A stretch of DNA of 54,568 nt, filler included, from Catajapyx aquilonaris (GCA_000934665.2; 2 parts of 2 records of this genome joined end to end with filler, not necessarily neighbours in it), one strand, 5' to 3'; positions 1 through 13,040 are shown, numbered from the whole stretch's first letter. Made by a program: numbers and translations. The notes: generated by a model not told the origin, from the letters alone.

Positions 1-51
1 GGTAATGGTACGGACCCGGAAATTATGGTACATCTGGCACCCCTGCTCGCA

Positions 52-71
52 CCCCAGGTTAAGAACCGCTG
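52..71. mobile_element. Right terminus of a hAT (Charlie/MER5-like) DNA element, rest outside window
   Basis: CCCCAGGTTAAGAACCGCTG reverse-complements to CAGCGGTTCTTAACCTGGGG, a hAT-Charlie-type TIR. Confidence 0.5.
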
Positions 72-136
72 AACTACAGCTATTGCATAACGTCTCCTTA
101 AGCGTCACTTGCTAAGTTTTTATAGACCGAATTAGA

Positions 137-477
137 GGTGAAGCGGAGTGGCGCAGCGGTAATGCATGCGCCCAAGGATGGAAGGGTCCCGGGTTCGATC
201 TTAGCCCGGGGTCTCCCCCTTCAACTTGTGCAGAGTTGGGTCGTCTCTGGCTTCGACTCGGGTGGAATCTCCGCTAAATCCACCCGGGGGAGTTCACAAG
301 ATATACCGTTACAGGCATTGCACTTGCGCCTTGCACATCCCCTCCCAGCCACCCTGCCCTCGTACCCGGGCGATTAACAAGAAGGTTCCAATATATGTAC
401 ACGGGCCTAGAAAAGAAAAATAAAGGTCCGTGCAATACCTCCTTAGTTGGGAGGTCTGCACTACCCAAATTATTACA

Positions 478-514
<37 letters not shown>
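137..514 (+). mobile_element. tRNA-derived SINE, family A, copy 1
   Basis: A box TGGCGCAGCGG (149-159), B box GGTTCGATC (192-200), body alignable end to end with 48043-48415, (TAT)n tail to 514. Confidence 0.9.
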
Positions 515-812
515 GACCTTATTGCACTTTTTTATGGAAATTCACAATGCGCATTTTAAAACGATGTTAGGCTCAGTCTACTTCATGATGCTAATAAGTA
601 GCACAGCTGTGCTTATATAATAATTTGTGATTCTCGTTGCATAAGGTAGCCTACACCTATATCGATGCGGCAGCTCCTCCTAGTACGGCAACAGCAAGCT
701 ATAATTTGCATCCCCTGCGCCCTTGCACTGTCAGGCACACTGTAACGCTACAGCTCCACTGATTGATCCAGTCTAGCTCCAGATATAGCATAAGACGATT
801 CCTACTATACTA

Positions 813-1110
813 GGGGCAAGATAACTCATGCGTTTGGGGAGGTGGCTTGTGACCTTGGCAACCAAATAATGAACCCCGCCCCCTACCGGTCGACCAATCA
901 GGATTCGATTTCAAAGGAGGTAGGCGTTATGTTCTAAAACCTCATGAATGAGATGAGCTTGTTTACACTAACCCAATTGGTAACCAAGCAGAGGGGGATA
1001 TTCCCCCACCAATCGTTCTAAATTCCATAAAAAACTCAGCAGGGGCAGGGCTAATTATGGTTGCCAAGGTCACAAGCCACCTCCCCCAAACGCATGAGTT
1101 ATCTTGCCCC
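813..1110. mobile_element. MITE with ~52-bp TIRs
   Basis: GGGGCAAGATAACTCATGCGTTTGGGG...GGCAACCA is mirrored at the right end with one indel; TA on both flanks. Confidence 0.9.
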
Positions 1111-2874
1111 TAATATAACTGATGCAGAAAATTCTTCACTATTACAAAGATAGCAGTATGTAACTTTCTGTGCGCAAACGCTGTCCACCAACTATATTTT
1201 TGGCCTCTGACCACCCCATCCATAAGCAGTCCTCAAATATCTGTCCAACCCGACCCGGTTGATTGCACCGCACCCTAAACATAACCCAGTCCACTCCACA
1301 TAGCCAGCAAGCACTGTTGCCACTCTTACCATCCAAACAACGGCAACCCCGCTAGTCCCAACCCTTTTATGCTCCTGATCCCCTGGACACCCTCTCACAT
1401 TACGGTCCATCTCACACTATACTAGTGACCTCTAGGGTAAGCCAAATAGTGCTTTCCATAAAAATTCATGTCATTTTGCTGCAGCAATGCAGTCCTGTGA
1501 TGAACAGACCCCGAATATTCTTGACCATAACTGCCTGGTACCATTCTAATAAATTGGGTAGCCTGACCCCGTTGCTAAGGAATACATCTCGCCCCCATCG
1601 GGGGCCGCATGAAAATACTGCCTTTTACATTCTCCGCCTTACACTGGTGCTGGGACCTCTTTGTTCCGATGTATTGATTGGCCCCTTGGTGGCTGGCGGA
1701 GGGAGGAGAGGGGAGGACTAGAGTGTGGAGATAGAGAAATTGGGGGTAGGGGGTTGTGGTGTGGTGGTAGGAAACTGCACCGCATCTTTTAGACGTTCCT
1801 TATATGAATTAGCTGACTGGGTTGGCTGGAGAGAAATTTTGGTGAAGCGCGTCCCGTTGTCATGGGACTTCAAGTTTATGCAGACCCCCAAGTCCCCCGC
1901 CTTTCCCCTTTCCTCCCACTTTCTAGACTTGGAACAAACTTGGTGAGACGACTGTTGTTTTGGCTTCGCTGCCAACTTACTACAAGAGCAGTACAGCGTT
2001 GATTCCCGGTCCCCTAATTATCCAAAGGCCCCTTTATCCTGTCACACACACAACCTGCTAACGAAATGATGACATCCCTTTTTCCGCTTTTCTTCAAGAG
2101 TGGAAGAAAAAGGAGGGATAAATTCTCACAGGTAATACAAAAATAATGAACGGTGTACCTGACAAATCCGAATAATGCGATTAATAAAACCAATTCAGCT
2201 TGTTTGATACATGTATTCTTAATGGCTTCAACTGAAGCAGTGTACGTTTGTAAAGTGGTGCATGTGGCTAAATATATTTCTTTTGCCTTTTTACCGGGAG
2301 CGTAATCTCATTATAATGAGTAGATTACTGTGAGTTTGTGGTATTAACCTTCACGTGAGAACAAGGAGAGTCTAACATGGCAAAATCCAAGCTCGGAAAA
2401 CCTTATCCTTGTCCCGTCCGGCTGTTCTTGGCTACAAGCGAGAGGATAGAGCAGTTACTATTCAACATACAAAAACATGATCCAATGTAACCTCAGGGAT
2501 TTATCTGACATGCCTCGTAATTGAGAACTCCATGGTATAAGCTTGAGCCTGATCGTATGGATTCGAGGTATAATGTCCACCTAAGATGTGATATTAGTTC
2601 AGCAGGCTCATACGTCCCAAACACAATAGAAGTCTTAATGTAGGATCTTAGGCCCTAATTACGCAAGGTGAAGGAAGCTATAATATTAGTACAAAAATTA
2701 AGTGCGCTAATATCTACAGAGAGAATCATATAGGAAAGATTCATTCTAGATTTATGATCGGTATTATCAAGAGTTTCATATTTTCGCACAACTCATAATA
2801 AAATAGTCCAAATTGGGATCCATAATGCATGTCTTTATATCTATTTCTACATAATTCCATTGATATTTAAATGA

Positions 2875-3137
2875 AAGGTAAAAATTACAAAGGTTCTAAC
2901 TGCCAACGAATTCGAAACTGACTTAGTTGAGCCCATGAAAAGTATGCCATACCTAAGTGCCAAGGCCAATACTATATTAAAATGGCCAAATAGGGGGGGA
3001 GGGGGTATGTATAGTGGTGGCCATTTACAGTAAATAATGGAAGTTCCCATTAGTCAGTCACCCAACAGTAAAATTAAATATTGCTATATCTCAAAAGTAA
3101 GTTTTTGGCACTTAGGCCCTTCGTAATTTTCACCCTT
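2875..3137. mobile_element. Old diverged MITE
   Basis: AAGGTAAAAATTACAAAGGTTCTAACTGCCAA versus reverse complement of the right end AAGGGTGAAAATTACGAAGGGCCTAAGTGCCAA. Confidence 0.55.
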
Positions 3138-3254
3138 CTAATATGCACTTGTCTCACCATAGAACTACAATATTTGCAATTCACAAGGTTGATTAATACC
3201 TTTATGCCTGTATCCCACCCGTGGGATATTTTCACTCAAGGAGTTAGTAAAATA

Positions 3255-3683
3255 CAGGGTGTATACGAATTAATCTGCCAAAATTATACGGGTGGTAGGC
3301 CTATATAGGGGTTGCATATGGAAGAGGCACAGCATGGGTCCGAAAGGCCGGCGATGATCCGTTTTAGAGATGTCGACCTTTGGCATCGACGATGTTCATC
3401 CTGACAAGTGTGAATACCTCCATGCATGCCTGCATTGCTGGTTGCCTGGGCCAGGCGCTTGCACTCTTAGACCATTGCTCAACCGCCCGGACCCCGGCAA
3501 CCAGCAATGCAGGAATGCATGGAGGTATTCACACTTGTCAGGATGAACATCGTCGATGCCAAAGGTCGACATCTCCAAAACGGATCATCGCCGGCCTTTC
3601 GGACCCATGCTATGCCTCTTCCATAATATTAAGCATCCCCTACCACCCGCATCATATTGGCAGATTTATTCGTATTCACCCTG
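3255..3683. mobile_element. Tc1/mariner-type fold-back MITE
   Basis: TA|CAGGGTG...CACCCTG|TA; arms are inverted copies over about 190 bp each side of a short spacer. Confidence 0.92.
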
Positions 3684-4060
3684 TATTAAAGGTCCTTCAT
3701 AACTGAGTTGTCTTTGCACTGTATGTCGAAATTTTATAGCATCAATTAAGGTTTTAGCTATAGAGAATCGAGTACAATATTTAGAGACAGAGTTCAGTAC
3801 ACTCTCCAGTTGTTGATTTGAAATGCATACGCATCGAATCTCTAGTTTTATTTATAAAATTAACATGGGAAAATTTGATTTTAATGAAATACTCGGAAAT
3901 ACTAGTTAAAGTAATATGATTTCAATCTGAAGTATTGGCCATGACAGAGTGAAAGGGGAATTTGGTGGGTGGATTAACCGGACACTTTTAGGTACTAAGG
4001 ATTTGAATATTGGAAGCATGGTCTTAGAAGAATAGTTCGGGACACTCGCCGCCATCTTGC

Positions 4061-4330
4061 GTGCCGTTAACCCTTCCCGCATTGGCGCTAGTACGTATTA
4101 TCTGCAATTTGTCTGCAATGGAATCACGCTGTGGAACTCGCTGAGTCATAGCGACTAGCGACCCTGACGGTACAACTATGCATCGTGGTGTATCGGTCCT
4201 ATCGGTATAAGCTAGGTGTTAATGCATAGTTGTACCGTCAGGGTCGCTATAGTCGTTATGACTGAGCGAGTTCCACAACGTGATTCCATTGCAGATATAC
4301 TAGCGCCAATGCAGGAAGAGATAACGACAC
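4061..4330. repeat. Fold-back palindromic element (possibly piggyBac-like MITE)
   Basis: About 115-130-bp imperfect inverted arms (e.g. GCGACCCTGACGGTACAACTATGCAT / ATGCATAGTTGTACCGTCAGGGTCGC); TTAACCCTT near the left end, degenerate AAGAGATAA at the right. Confidence 0.8.
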
Positions 4331-6308
4331 AGTTTTTTCTATTGACATGGGCTAGTTGGAAGACTTGAAATTCAGAAGAAAAAGCCTGAGGTCAAAATTA
4401 AATTAGGATTTGTGTTATACGTATACATATCGTAATCTTTGGATACTTTCTGAGTGTTTCTGAGGGTCAAGTCGGCATACTGCTAAATAGATTTAAAGGC
4501 CCCTAGGAAAAGATATCGACAAAAATCAAAAGCAATAATTCAATCTTCTAACACGTCAAACCCCCCAATCTCAAAAATCATTTCAATGTGACTAGGATCA
4601 TTATGCATTTCAGCTCCTCCATTGTACAGTATTATACATACGGATAAGTTACAATCAGAAAATGAAAAACTGCCAGAACGGAGATATTTCATTGTACTGA
4701 GTTTCCTACCAACACATTTACTCGTATAATTCACGAGATTTAACTATATTTCCCAATAAATCAGCATAAAATGTAACATGTCCCCAGTCCAGCATGAGGC
4801 TAGCCCACAAATCCACTAAAATAACTACATTTACGAGGTATACAGTCATGTGATTTTTGTAACTCTTCTCTTGAATACTGTAGTTTTGGAGTTTTTCTGC
4901 AGTGTATTGAGCGAGGTAATGAGGGTTCCCGGAGTAGTGAAGTAAAAGTTATTAACATTTAAATATATTCGATTTACACCAGTCAATATTTTCTATCAAC
5001 TCAAGTGGAAACAATGTAGCATGATAATATAGGAGATGATTTTTTTTTGCATAACATTGTATACTGTAATATGCGATGTACTGTACATATATTTAGCCCT
5101 GATAGTTCTCACCGGGCATAACATAATGTTCTAATTGCATTTGCCTTCAGAAAAGGTCAGATGAAAATCGATCTTTAAACATAAGTGCAAACATTATTTT
5201 TCTATTGACTGTTCATATAATGCAGATACAATCCATACAGTGACATTATTTTGCCAAAAACATCGAAGCTTTCTCCATAATACATGCTCATGAATACGTT
5301 ATAGCTGAATTCTTTGACATGAGCAACACTTAAGGTTTCAATGCATTATTCTATACAATCAGGAAAGTAGCAACATTGAATTACAGTCTCGGAGTGGACA
5401 GTGCATCATAGTAATTGCACATCATTCTAATGCTCCCGAGATACTCTTGTACTTCAAGAGCCTAACCTTGCAGAAATGTATCCCTTCTTGCAAAATGAAC
5501 ACACATTAATAATAAATATCTCCTCAATTTAGAATTCACTCGTGCACATAATGCCCTAAAGACCTGTACTGCATCTGTAGTACAGTCTGTAGTAAGTTAC
5601 TCATGATGTATCACTATACATGGTCCCTGTAACCGTAAAAGAGAGAATAGAATGTGCCATGTTTCAAAAAGACTTTCCCCATCAGACCCCTGATAGTAAT
5701 CCAATTAGATACTACCGTATGAGAATGATATTGTCGAAAATGTGGTAATGCGTCATACAAATGTTGAATGCTTGTAATAGGTGTCTTCATTTCTTTACAA
5801 CACAAGAGCATAATTATGCTCACGATATTTTTGTTACGAAATGTCTGGAGTTATCATTCCTTCCAATCCCGTATTGCATATTCTGGTAATATTTAAGTTT
5901 GAGTGACTCTACTTTTGAGTGTGCCCCTAGTTTCTGAATACTGCATCTGTTCAGAGGCGAATGTACTCTTGAGCAATGACTTAAAAATAAGATGCCTTCA
6001 AGCCACATTCAGTATATAGCTAGGGGAAAATGCTGTGTAATATTCTTCCATGAAGCTTGAGAGCTGTTCCCTTCACTGTTATACGCACAGTGCTCGTAAC
6101 CGTGTAATTTAATATGGCATGTGCCTTTGGTGTCACAGTGCGGGAAACAAATAAACTGAAAATTAACACTACCGCTACACAAACAGTTATTACACCCATG
6201 CCGGGTGGGTATACAAAATGTGCAAGCCTATCTACACTCACAGTGTTCAAACCGGAAGGAAAAAATGATTACATGCCATAATTATAGACTCCAATGTCGA
6301 ACTACACC

Positions 6309-6347
6309 CTGATGAGGCCGATGCAAACTTTGTAGTCGTGGTCATTA
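6309..6347 (+). ncRNA. Degenerate hammerhead-ribozyme-like relic
   Basis: CTGATGA then a hairpin closed by GGCC/GGTC, but the following GAAA is replaced by ATTA. Confidence 0.2.
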
Positions 6348-6399
6348 TAGGACCTACATAACATCAAGGAACCCATTAGAACCCTATCTTATTCTAATA

Positions 6400-6534
6400 C
6401 AGCGAAAAATATATATATATATATATATCCGCAAAATAATTCTGAAGTATTTTTATTATTCGCTATATCCGATGGAAATCCGCAATAGGCAAGTTTCCGC
6501 TATATCCAGGGTCCGGTATAAATAGATTTTACTG
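6400..6534. mobile_element. pogo/Tigger-like remnant
   Basis: Right end ...CCGGTATAAATAGATTTTACTG|TA, internal CGCTATATCC repeats, degenerate TA|CAG left end. Confidence 0.5.
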
Positions 6535-9500
6535 TATTACGATTACCTCCCATGAGCATTCAAATTTCCAATTTAGGGTGCTATACCAAAGATACATAAT
6601 TTAAATACCTGACAGAGTGAGTCACTTTATCAATGCGTCAGCACCTGAACGCGCAAATATTTCGTAACAATGCACCGCACTGCATCGCTCTGGCGCTGAT
6701 AAAACGAGCAGGACGCACACAAAAAACGAGAGGAGGATTAATCAAAGTGCAAAGGGCCAAAATAATGATACGTCACTTGGGAGGCCAATTTGGTGTGTGT
6801 ATGTGAGGGTAGGGGGAGGTATAGGGGGAGGCAAAATGCGCATTAGCTTGTGCTCAGCCTTTGAGAGCTCGCGTGTCGGTGCAGGTTTTGCCGTCAAACG
6901 CAATAACTCCGACTCGGTTCCTGTCATACACTAAACCCGGACCCCGTTGCGTGTCTAACACCCTCCCATCCACCCTACTATCCACTCTTCCCCCCCCCCC
7001 TCCCCCATCTCATTTCTATTTGGCCGTTGTGAAATGCATTTCGGCTCTAAAGGCACGCAATAATAGGTCAGCAATTGGCATGGGAGAATGTATGACATGT
7101 GAGCTATTTAGTTGTGTAATGCATGCTGTCTCCCAGCATGATAGTGGGTGTCCTAACAGCCACTTTTGTGTGGTGTATTTTTAGGAGGGTTGACTTACAT
7201 ATCCTCAAATGGAACTAGCCCATTATTTATTCACGCCGCATTGTATTGGTTTCGTGAAAGGGCAGACTTGTCAAGGGTTAGGCTTGCTTCCGTGTAGGCC
7301 CATTCTGGAGAGGCCTGGTTTGGATACAAGCGCCCTAGGACTAGCGGAAATGACCGGTACTTCCTACAGGCACTGCAGATAGTATCATATCGAATTTTCT
7401 ACATCTATTAATGGGTAATGCATCGTCGGTCGCAAGGGCACAGCGACATGAACGTACAGATTGCTATGCTGTAGATTTATGATTTGGTACGGTCTATAGG
7501 TTTCCAACACATCAGTTACATTAATGTGCCATATAGGATTTTTTTTAAAAAAATATTTGTAATGAACCTTTGCAGCTTAATTACGTATGTTCAAAGCTTA
7601 CGAAAAATTTAGAGCGTACTGGCCTCGCTTGCAAATGGTCCGGTGTGTGTTAATAAAAACTACTCTACATCTCTGCCCATTTTTGTGCCTATAGCACGTC
7701 AACTCACAGACGTGGAAAAAACTGCGAAATTGTGGCACCTTCTCATAGAGGCGTATCAACCAGTTGGGAAGCACCTCCATTGTTGCCTGTCGTGATTGAT
7801 ACGTTCTTTTCAGGAGAAACCTGATTCCAAGATGGTGAAGCCCCAATTGGGGCGCTGAAGCAGGCATTTCCCCAATGGGCCGAAATTAATCTTTGATCTC
7901 ACTGGGGTGAGGAGGGGGTTCGAAGGAGGGGGGGNGGGCAAAGAGTTTTTGCAACGTAAGCAGTGCAAAAGGACCGTCTGATGGGCGGGGAATTTATTCT
8001 CGGATAGAGCTTAATTTGAGTACTCCTGGGAAAGAAGCAGAAACTGAACTAGACCGTTTTCAGTCGATTTCCGATACCTTGTTTGCTAGATGATTTTTGT
8101 TAGAAATGGATCCCACATGCAGCAAGGGGGGAAGAAAAACTCATGTCGTTAACTCGTCCTCATCAAAACCTTCAAAGTGATGTGAGAAGAGTGCAACTCC
8201 TGCAATTCTGCTCCGCCAAATTACCGGTAGTTTAAACCCTAATTAATCATAGTCTTTGAAGCGTAAACAATATTCAGCAATCTATGAGGGCAGTTTGTGT
8301 TATGTAATTTCTAACCAGCTTCGCTATTACAAGTTTAGAGGAAGTCGCTGACAGTTGCATGACTTTCCAACAGTCATTTACATCTGGGTCATTTGGGGGG
8401 GGGGGGGGTAGGAACACAGGTGAGACAGGTGGGGTAGAACAATACTTGATGGGCAACCACACGTTAAAATTAGTGGAGAGTATGTTAATACAAAGTGATG
8501 CCAAATTAGTCAGTACTGACATCAGGAAAGGAAAGCCTAGCACCAGACCGATAATTTTTTTGTAAAAAAATAAATAAATCATTAAAACAGGGCCATGCGG
8601 AGCAATGTTGAAGGATACCGGTATATCACATCGTTTTGACGCTTTGCCAATACAGTAGCATTCTTTCAGGCTGCCTGCTGACGTGGTCGTTTAATGCCAT
8701 CATGTAACTGCATTATAATTACCTACAATCCCGAACTGTCATAGGGCCCATTTGTTTACAACTGCTTCTGTCACGCAAGGTCAGTGCGGATAACCTTTGG
8801 TAAGGTGCTGCAGTAGCTAAAGATGTATATCATTGTAATTAATGTGCTACCAAGTATAACGTATTATGGCCAATCATATCCGCAGAATTTGAAGCCTACA
8901 ACTACCAATTTATTGCTAAAAATATGCTGTATTATGAATTACGTTTGTAAAATTAACGAGCAATGTGCCTGACACGTTATGAAACAATACTGCCTCGAAA
9001 ATAAGATTACCGCATTATGCATGTTTCCGGTGTGAAATTGATGGTGCAATGACTGGATGTTGGGAGGGCGAAAATGCAAGTTTTACAACTAAACTCGGCA
9101 TTGCAGTATCAATTTCGACAAAAGTGTCAATGATTCCTCATTCCACACGAAATCGCTTTTTTAAAGTCGCCCTGCAGTCATAATATTTGAAAATAACATT
9201 ATGTAATATAAAATAAAATGTTTCAATAACATGTCACCTCATAACGCAGAATATGCTGTTCTTTTGGCAGTGAAAGACATTAATTACAGGGTAGGCTACT
9301 GAGGTGTAAAAGCATTTTTAAAACCCTGTTGCGGCACAATGAATGCTGCATTAACATTGCTTATATTAAATATGCAGATGATGCAGTTGTACTTAAGTGC
9401 AGTTTGTGGTCTTGTGCATTCGTGCATAATATTAACATTTAAAAAACACGCCCTCTAATGTCGCACATTGTTGTCAAACAAGCACGGGTTATGAAAGACG

Positions 9501-9922
9501 CATAATTAAACGGCAAAATTTTTGATACATTTTGAATATTGCTTTATCAAAACTCATAAAACCCGAACGTATCTCAAATCTATAATTTTTTAGAACACAT
9601 ACATGTAGCTCATATGCCTGCATGCAAATTAAATTCCTTTCTATCGCACTGCCGCAGTTTCTCACTGATGCTAATTTCTAACAACATTAATATCAAAACC
9701 AATATAAACTTACAGAACAGGTTGCAACCCTCAGGCGACTTTCAAATCGCGCATGTTCAGGCAGGGGGGAAAAAAATGAGATGCTCTTCTTGAGATGGAG
9801 GACGCGACGATGAGGCTCCGGAAAAATCCGGGACCGTACCCGAGCCGGATCGAGCTTTCCACGGCCACTGCGACGACTGCTTCTCTAGAGCCAGACTCTG
9901 CTGTAGTCCCCCCCCCCCCCCC

Positions 9923-10210
9923 NNNNNNNNNNNNNNNNNNNNNNNNNNNNNNNNNNNNNNNNNNNNNNNNNNNNNNNNNNNNNNNNNNNNNNNNNNNNNN
10001 NNNNNNNNNNNNNNNNNNNNNNNNNNNNNNNNNNNNNNNNNNNNNNNNNNNNNNNNNNNNNNNNNNNNNNNNNNNNNNNNNNNNNNNNNNNNNNNNNNNN
10101 NNNNNNNNNNNNNNNNNNNNNNNNNNNNNNNNNNNNNNNNNNNNNNNNNNNNNNNNNNNNNNNNNNNNNNNNNNNNNNNNNNNNNNNNNNNNNNNNNNNN
10201 NNNNNNNNNN
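9923..10210. other. Assembly gap
   Basis: N run flanked by poly-C and poly-G. Confidence 0.99.
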
Positions 10211-10372
10211 ACAATGGGGGGGGGGGGGGGTTACTCCGGGTTCATGGCATGTTTTTTTGTAATGAGCCGCGACCTTGACATATTCAGGGTGATTTGTTGT
10301 ATGTGAGGATACTCGACTTCAACATTGTTGAAAAGACATACTGAGATGATACTTTTTGATGATGGGGTAATA

Positions 10373-10656
10373 ATAATTCAATAATTCATACCCCGTTATC
10401 AGCCATCGGCTCTTTAGGGGGGAAGTTTGTTTTGCCTGGAACTCTTTGCTTTCATTTTACTGTGCGCTTTGGGATCGGATAGGGACGGAAGGAAGCGGCT
10501 GTGGCCTATTAATTACGGAGGCAACTCCGGAATTTCCTTGGAAGGACCGTGGGAAACCACAGAAAACCACGGTCAGAGTTGCCGGCCCCGGGATTCGAAC
10601 CCAGGACCTCCCGATTAGCAATCGGACGTCTTATCCACTATGCCAACCTGCTTCGG
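10373..10656 (-). mobile_element. tRNA-derived SINE, family B, full length
   Basis: Minus strand: A box TGGCATAGTGG, B box GGTTCGAATCC, ATT-rich tail. 16-bp TSD TGATGATGGGGTAATA at 10357-10372 and 10657-10672. Homologous to the 17552 and 42372 copies. Confidence 0.95.
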
Positions 10657-11179
10657 TGATGATGGGGTAATAGAAAGAGCTGGAAGTTTCAGATTATGTT
10701 TCCAGTGGAGTTCTGGCAAGGTTGGAGCTACTGAGAGAGAGAGAGAAAAAAAATTATCTCTTGCAGGATGTAATCATGTAAGTTGCAACGGTACTCGTCA
10801 CCAGGGATATGTTGTTGGTTGTTAGCAGTGCTCTATGTCTGTGTATTCCCTGGTTGTCGTTTCTGCGCTCATGGATAAGTAGTGAGACGTGAGTTTGGTC
10901 CGATCGTTACAGTATTTTTTTGGCTAAGAATGCACATCGTGCTCTTTTTGACGTCACTGTACAGGTTGTTTGACATTTTAATGGAGCTTGCTTCAAGATG
11001 TGACGTGAACATGATGTAGGCCTACAGTACACAAAAGATCCTATTTACAGGAGTATATTATGTGGAAAGAATGGAAGATAAGAAAGTGCTATCAAGGAGA
11101 CTGTTCGACGCTAACAGGAGTGTAGGAAAGGACCAACAAGACATTGCTGAAGCAGGAGGATGAATATTCTTCAATTATA

Positions 11180-11387
11180 CAGGGTGTCTAAACTTTTTTG
11201 TCCGAACAATTATCGGAAATATTGCATTAAGCTGCTTATTTTTAGCAGTGACTTGCAACCAGTGATGCTTCCCTGGATTATCAGTTGGGGGATGTGCCAG
11301 GAATGTTGGGGCATATTCTGGCTACATAGCTAGAAGATACATAGGCTTTTCCGATAACTGTTCGGACAAAAAAGTTTAGACACCCTG
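11180..11387. mobile_element. Tc1/mariner-type MITE
   Basis: 40-bp TIR CAGGGTGTCTAAACTTTTTTGTCCGAACA(A/G)TTATCGGAAA with one mismatch; TA TSD. Confidence 0.93.
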
Positions 11388-11742
11388 TATAAAAGTATTA
11401 CTCGTGAATGACTGAAAGTGCATGTTAGACAATAATGTTTAACTTTGTTTCGATAAGTGATGTAAGTGGAGTAAGCATAAGTCTAGCGTGTCACTTTTGC
11501 TTCGCCTTTAATTTTCGTGTGCTTTTGTTTCATTATTGGCTTATACTGTAAATGTTTCTCTTTTTTATCGTTGGATATTCTTTGACGACTGAGGGAAATA
11601 AATAATGGTCAATAATGTACGTCAGCTTTGCCTCGTTTTATTATGCAGTATGGTAAATCGATGTAGTATACAATAATCTTTGACAATAACTTAAATTGAC
11701 CGAATAAATATCTTCACAGTGTAACTTGTATATAACTGTATA

Positions 11743-11925
11743 CAGTTGAATCCGGATATAACAGCTTCGGCTATAACCGACTTTCGGTTATAACATGCTC
11801 GAAAGGGCGGTCACGCCATACTTCTATTATATAGCTATGGCTTTTGTATTAAGCTATAACAGACCTTGGTTATAACAGGCCGACTTCTGTAGTCCCTTGA
11901 AGTCTGTTATATCCGGATTCGACTG
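11743..11925. mobile_element. pogo/Tigger-type MITE
   Basis: 22-bp TIR CAGT(T/C)GAATCCGGATATAACAG, TA TSD, internal TATAAC subterminal repeats. Confidence 0.92.
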
Positions 11926-12869
11926 TATGTGATTTGACCCCATGTGGGGAATCTCTCCTCGTTACTTTTCAATAAGTGGGGCAAGTGCACAGATGTAGTG
12001 TATACTACAGTAAATTTTTCAAAAAGATGGAGACCGATATCGCATTGACACCAAACGCAAAATCGCCTCCATATTTCTGAGCGACATATAGTAGCCTACA
12101 ACTGTAATGGGAAGCAGATAGAGGGGGAGTTGGAATAGGAACACCCAAAAATTAATGCCATAGCCTGTAATAATTGTAAGAGAACAATATCATGAATACT
12201 GGATATGCGGATTTTTTAAATGCACATATTAGTGTGTTACAGAACAGGGAATATTTTAAAGTTGTAGAAATGTGGACTGTTGGGATTTTGCATAGCCTAT
12301 AAAAGATTGTGAAATCATAACTGTGCTAACATTCTCCCATCCCAGTTTATTAAGCCAACTAGCACAGTTTGTTGAGCAATTTAATTTTTACAAGCACAAA
12401 TACAGTATTACCATTTTCTAACTCATGCTTTCGTGACCCAAAGTGACAAAGGAAAATTGAGTTTTTCTTATTCATCTAATAACTTATTATTAAGTGCATC
12501 TTATAGATCCAAAATTATTGCAGTGCGCCAGTACATGACAAAATTTATCCTTAAGACATTTTCATAACTACAAATATTTGATATTCGCGGCAATATATCA
12601 GAATGTTAATGAGACTCATTTCTTGGAGAGATAGTAATTTGATCAAAATATTTATACTCTACATTGACAATGTCTTTCTGATTTTTACTTCTTTTTGCAC
12701 TTCTGTAGAAATATCATATTAACATTATTATGTTTACAAAAGGAGGTGTCATCTCCAATGATAAGAACATGACTTCTAAATGCTCCTTTCCAAGTGAGCG
12801 AGCGGAGCTTAAAAATGAGTGTCCACACACACTCGAGCGGTGCTGGGGGTGATTTCTACGATATAGGAA

Positions 12870-13040
12870 AATGGGTTTTGGACAGTGGACGGAAACAGAA
12901 GAACACCGAGTAAACCCTCGCGAACCCGGACAGAACTCCCTGAAATTCTTCCCACATTAGAAAATCCCTATCCAGAGATCGAACTCGTCACCTCAGAGTT
13001 TGAAGTCAATGGCATTAACCACGACACCATTGTTCCGCCC
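12870..13040 (-). mobile_element. Old tRNA-derived SINE with V-domain-like core (family C)
   Basis: Minus strand: A-like TGGTGTCGTGG, B box GAGTTCGATC, then GAGTTCTGTCCGGGTTCGCGAGGGTTTACTCGGTGTTCTTCTGTTTCC, which resembles the V-SINE central domain. Related copy at 33335. Confidence 0.6.

Noticed and set aside
137..210. tRNA gene (also at 10580-10656, 17552, 42470, 48043)
   Set aside because: A and B boxes are present, but there is no complete acceptor stem and they continue into shared bodies with tails and TSDs, so they are SINE heads.
3380..3706. ORFs with mirrored peptides on both strands (also 13591-14005)
   Set aside because: By-products of palindromic elements.
6610..7100. Promoter-like patch (TGAGTCA, ACGTCA, CCAAT, G/C runs)
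   Set aside because: No adjoining exon or start found; the motifs are too short to call.
9795..10262. 155-aa and 109-aa ORFs
   Set aside because: Length comes from translating an N gap.
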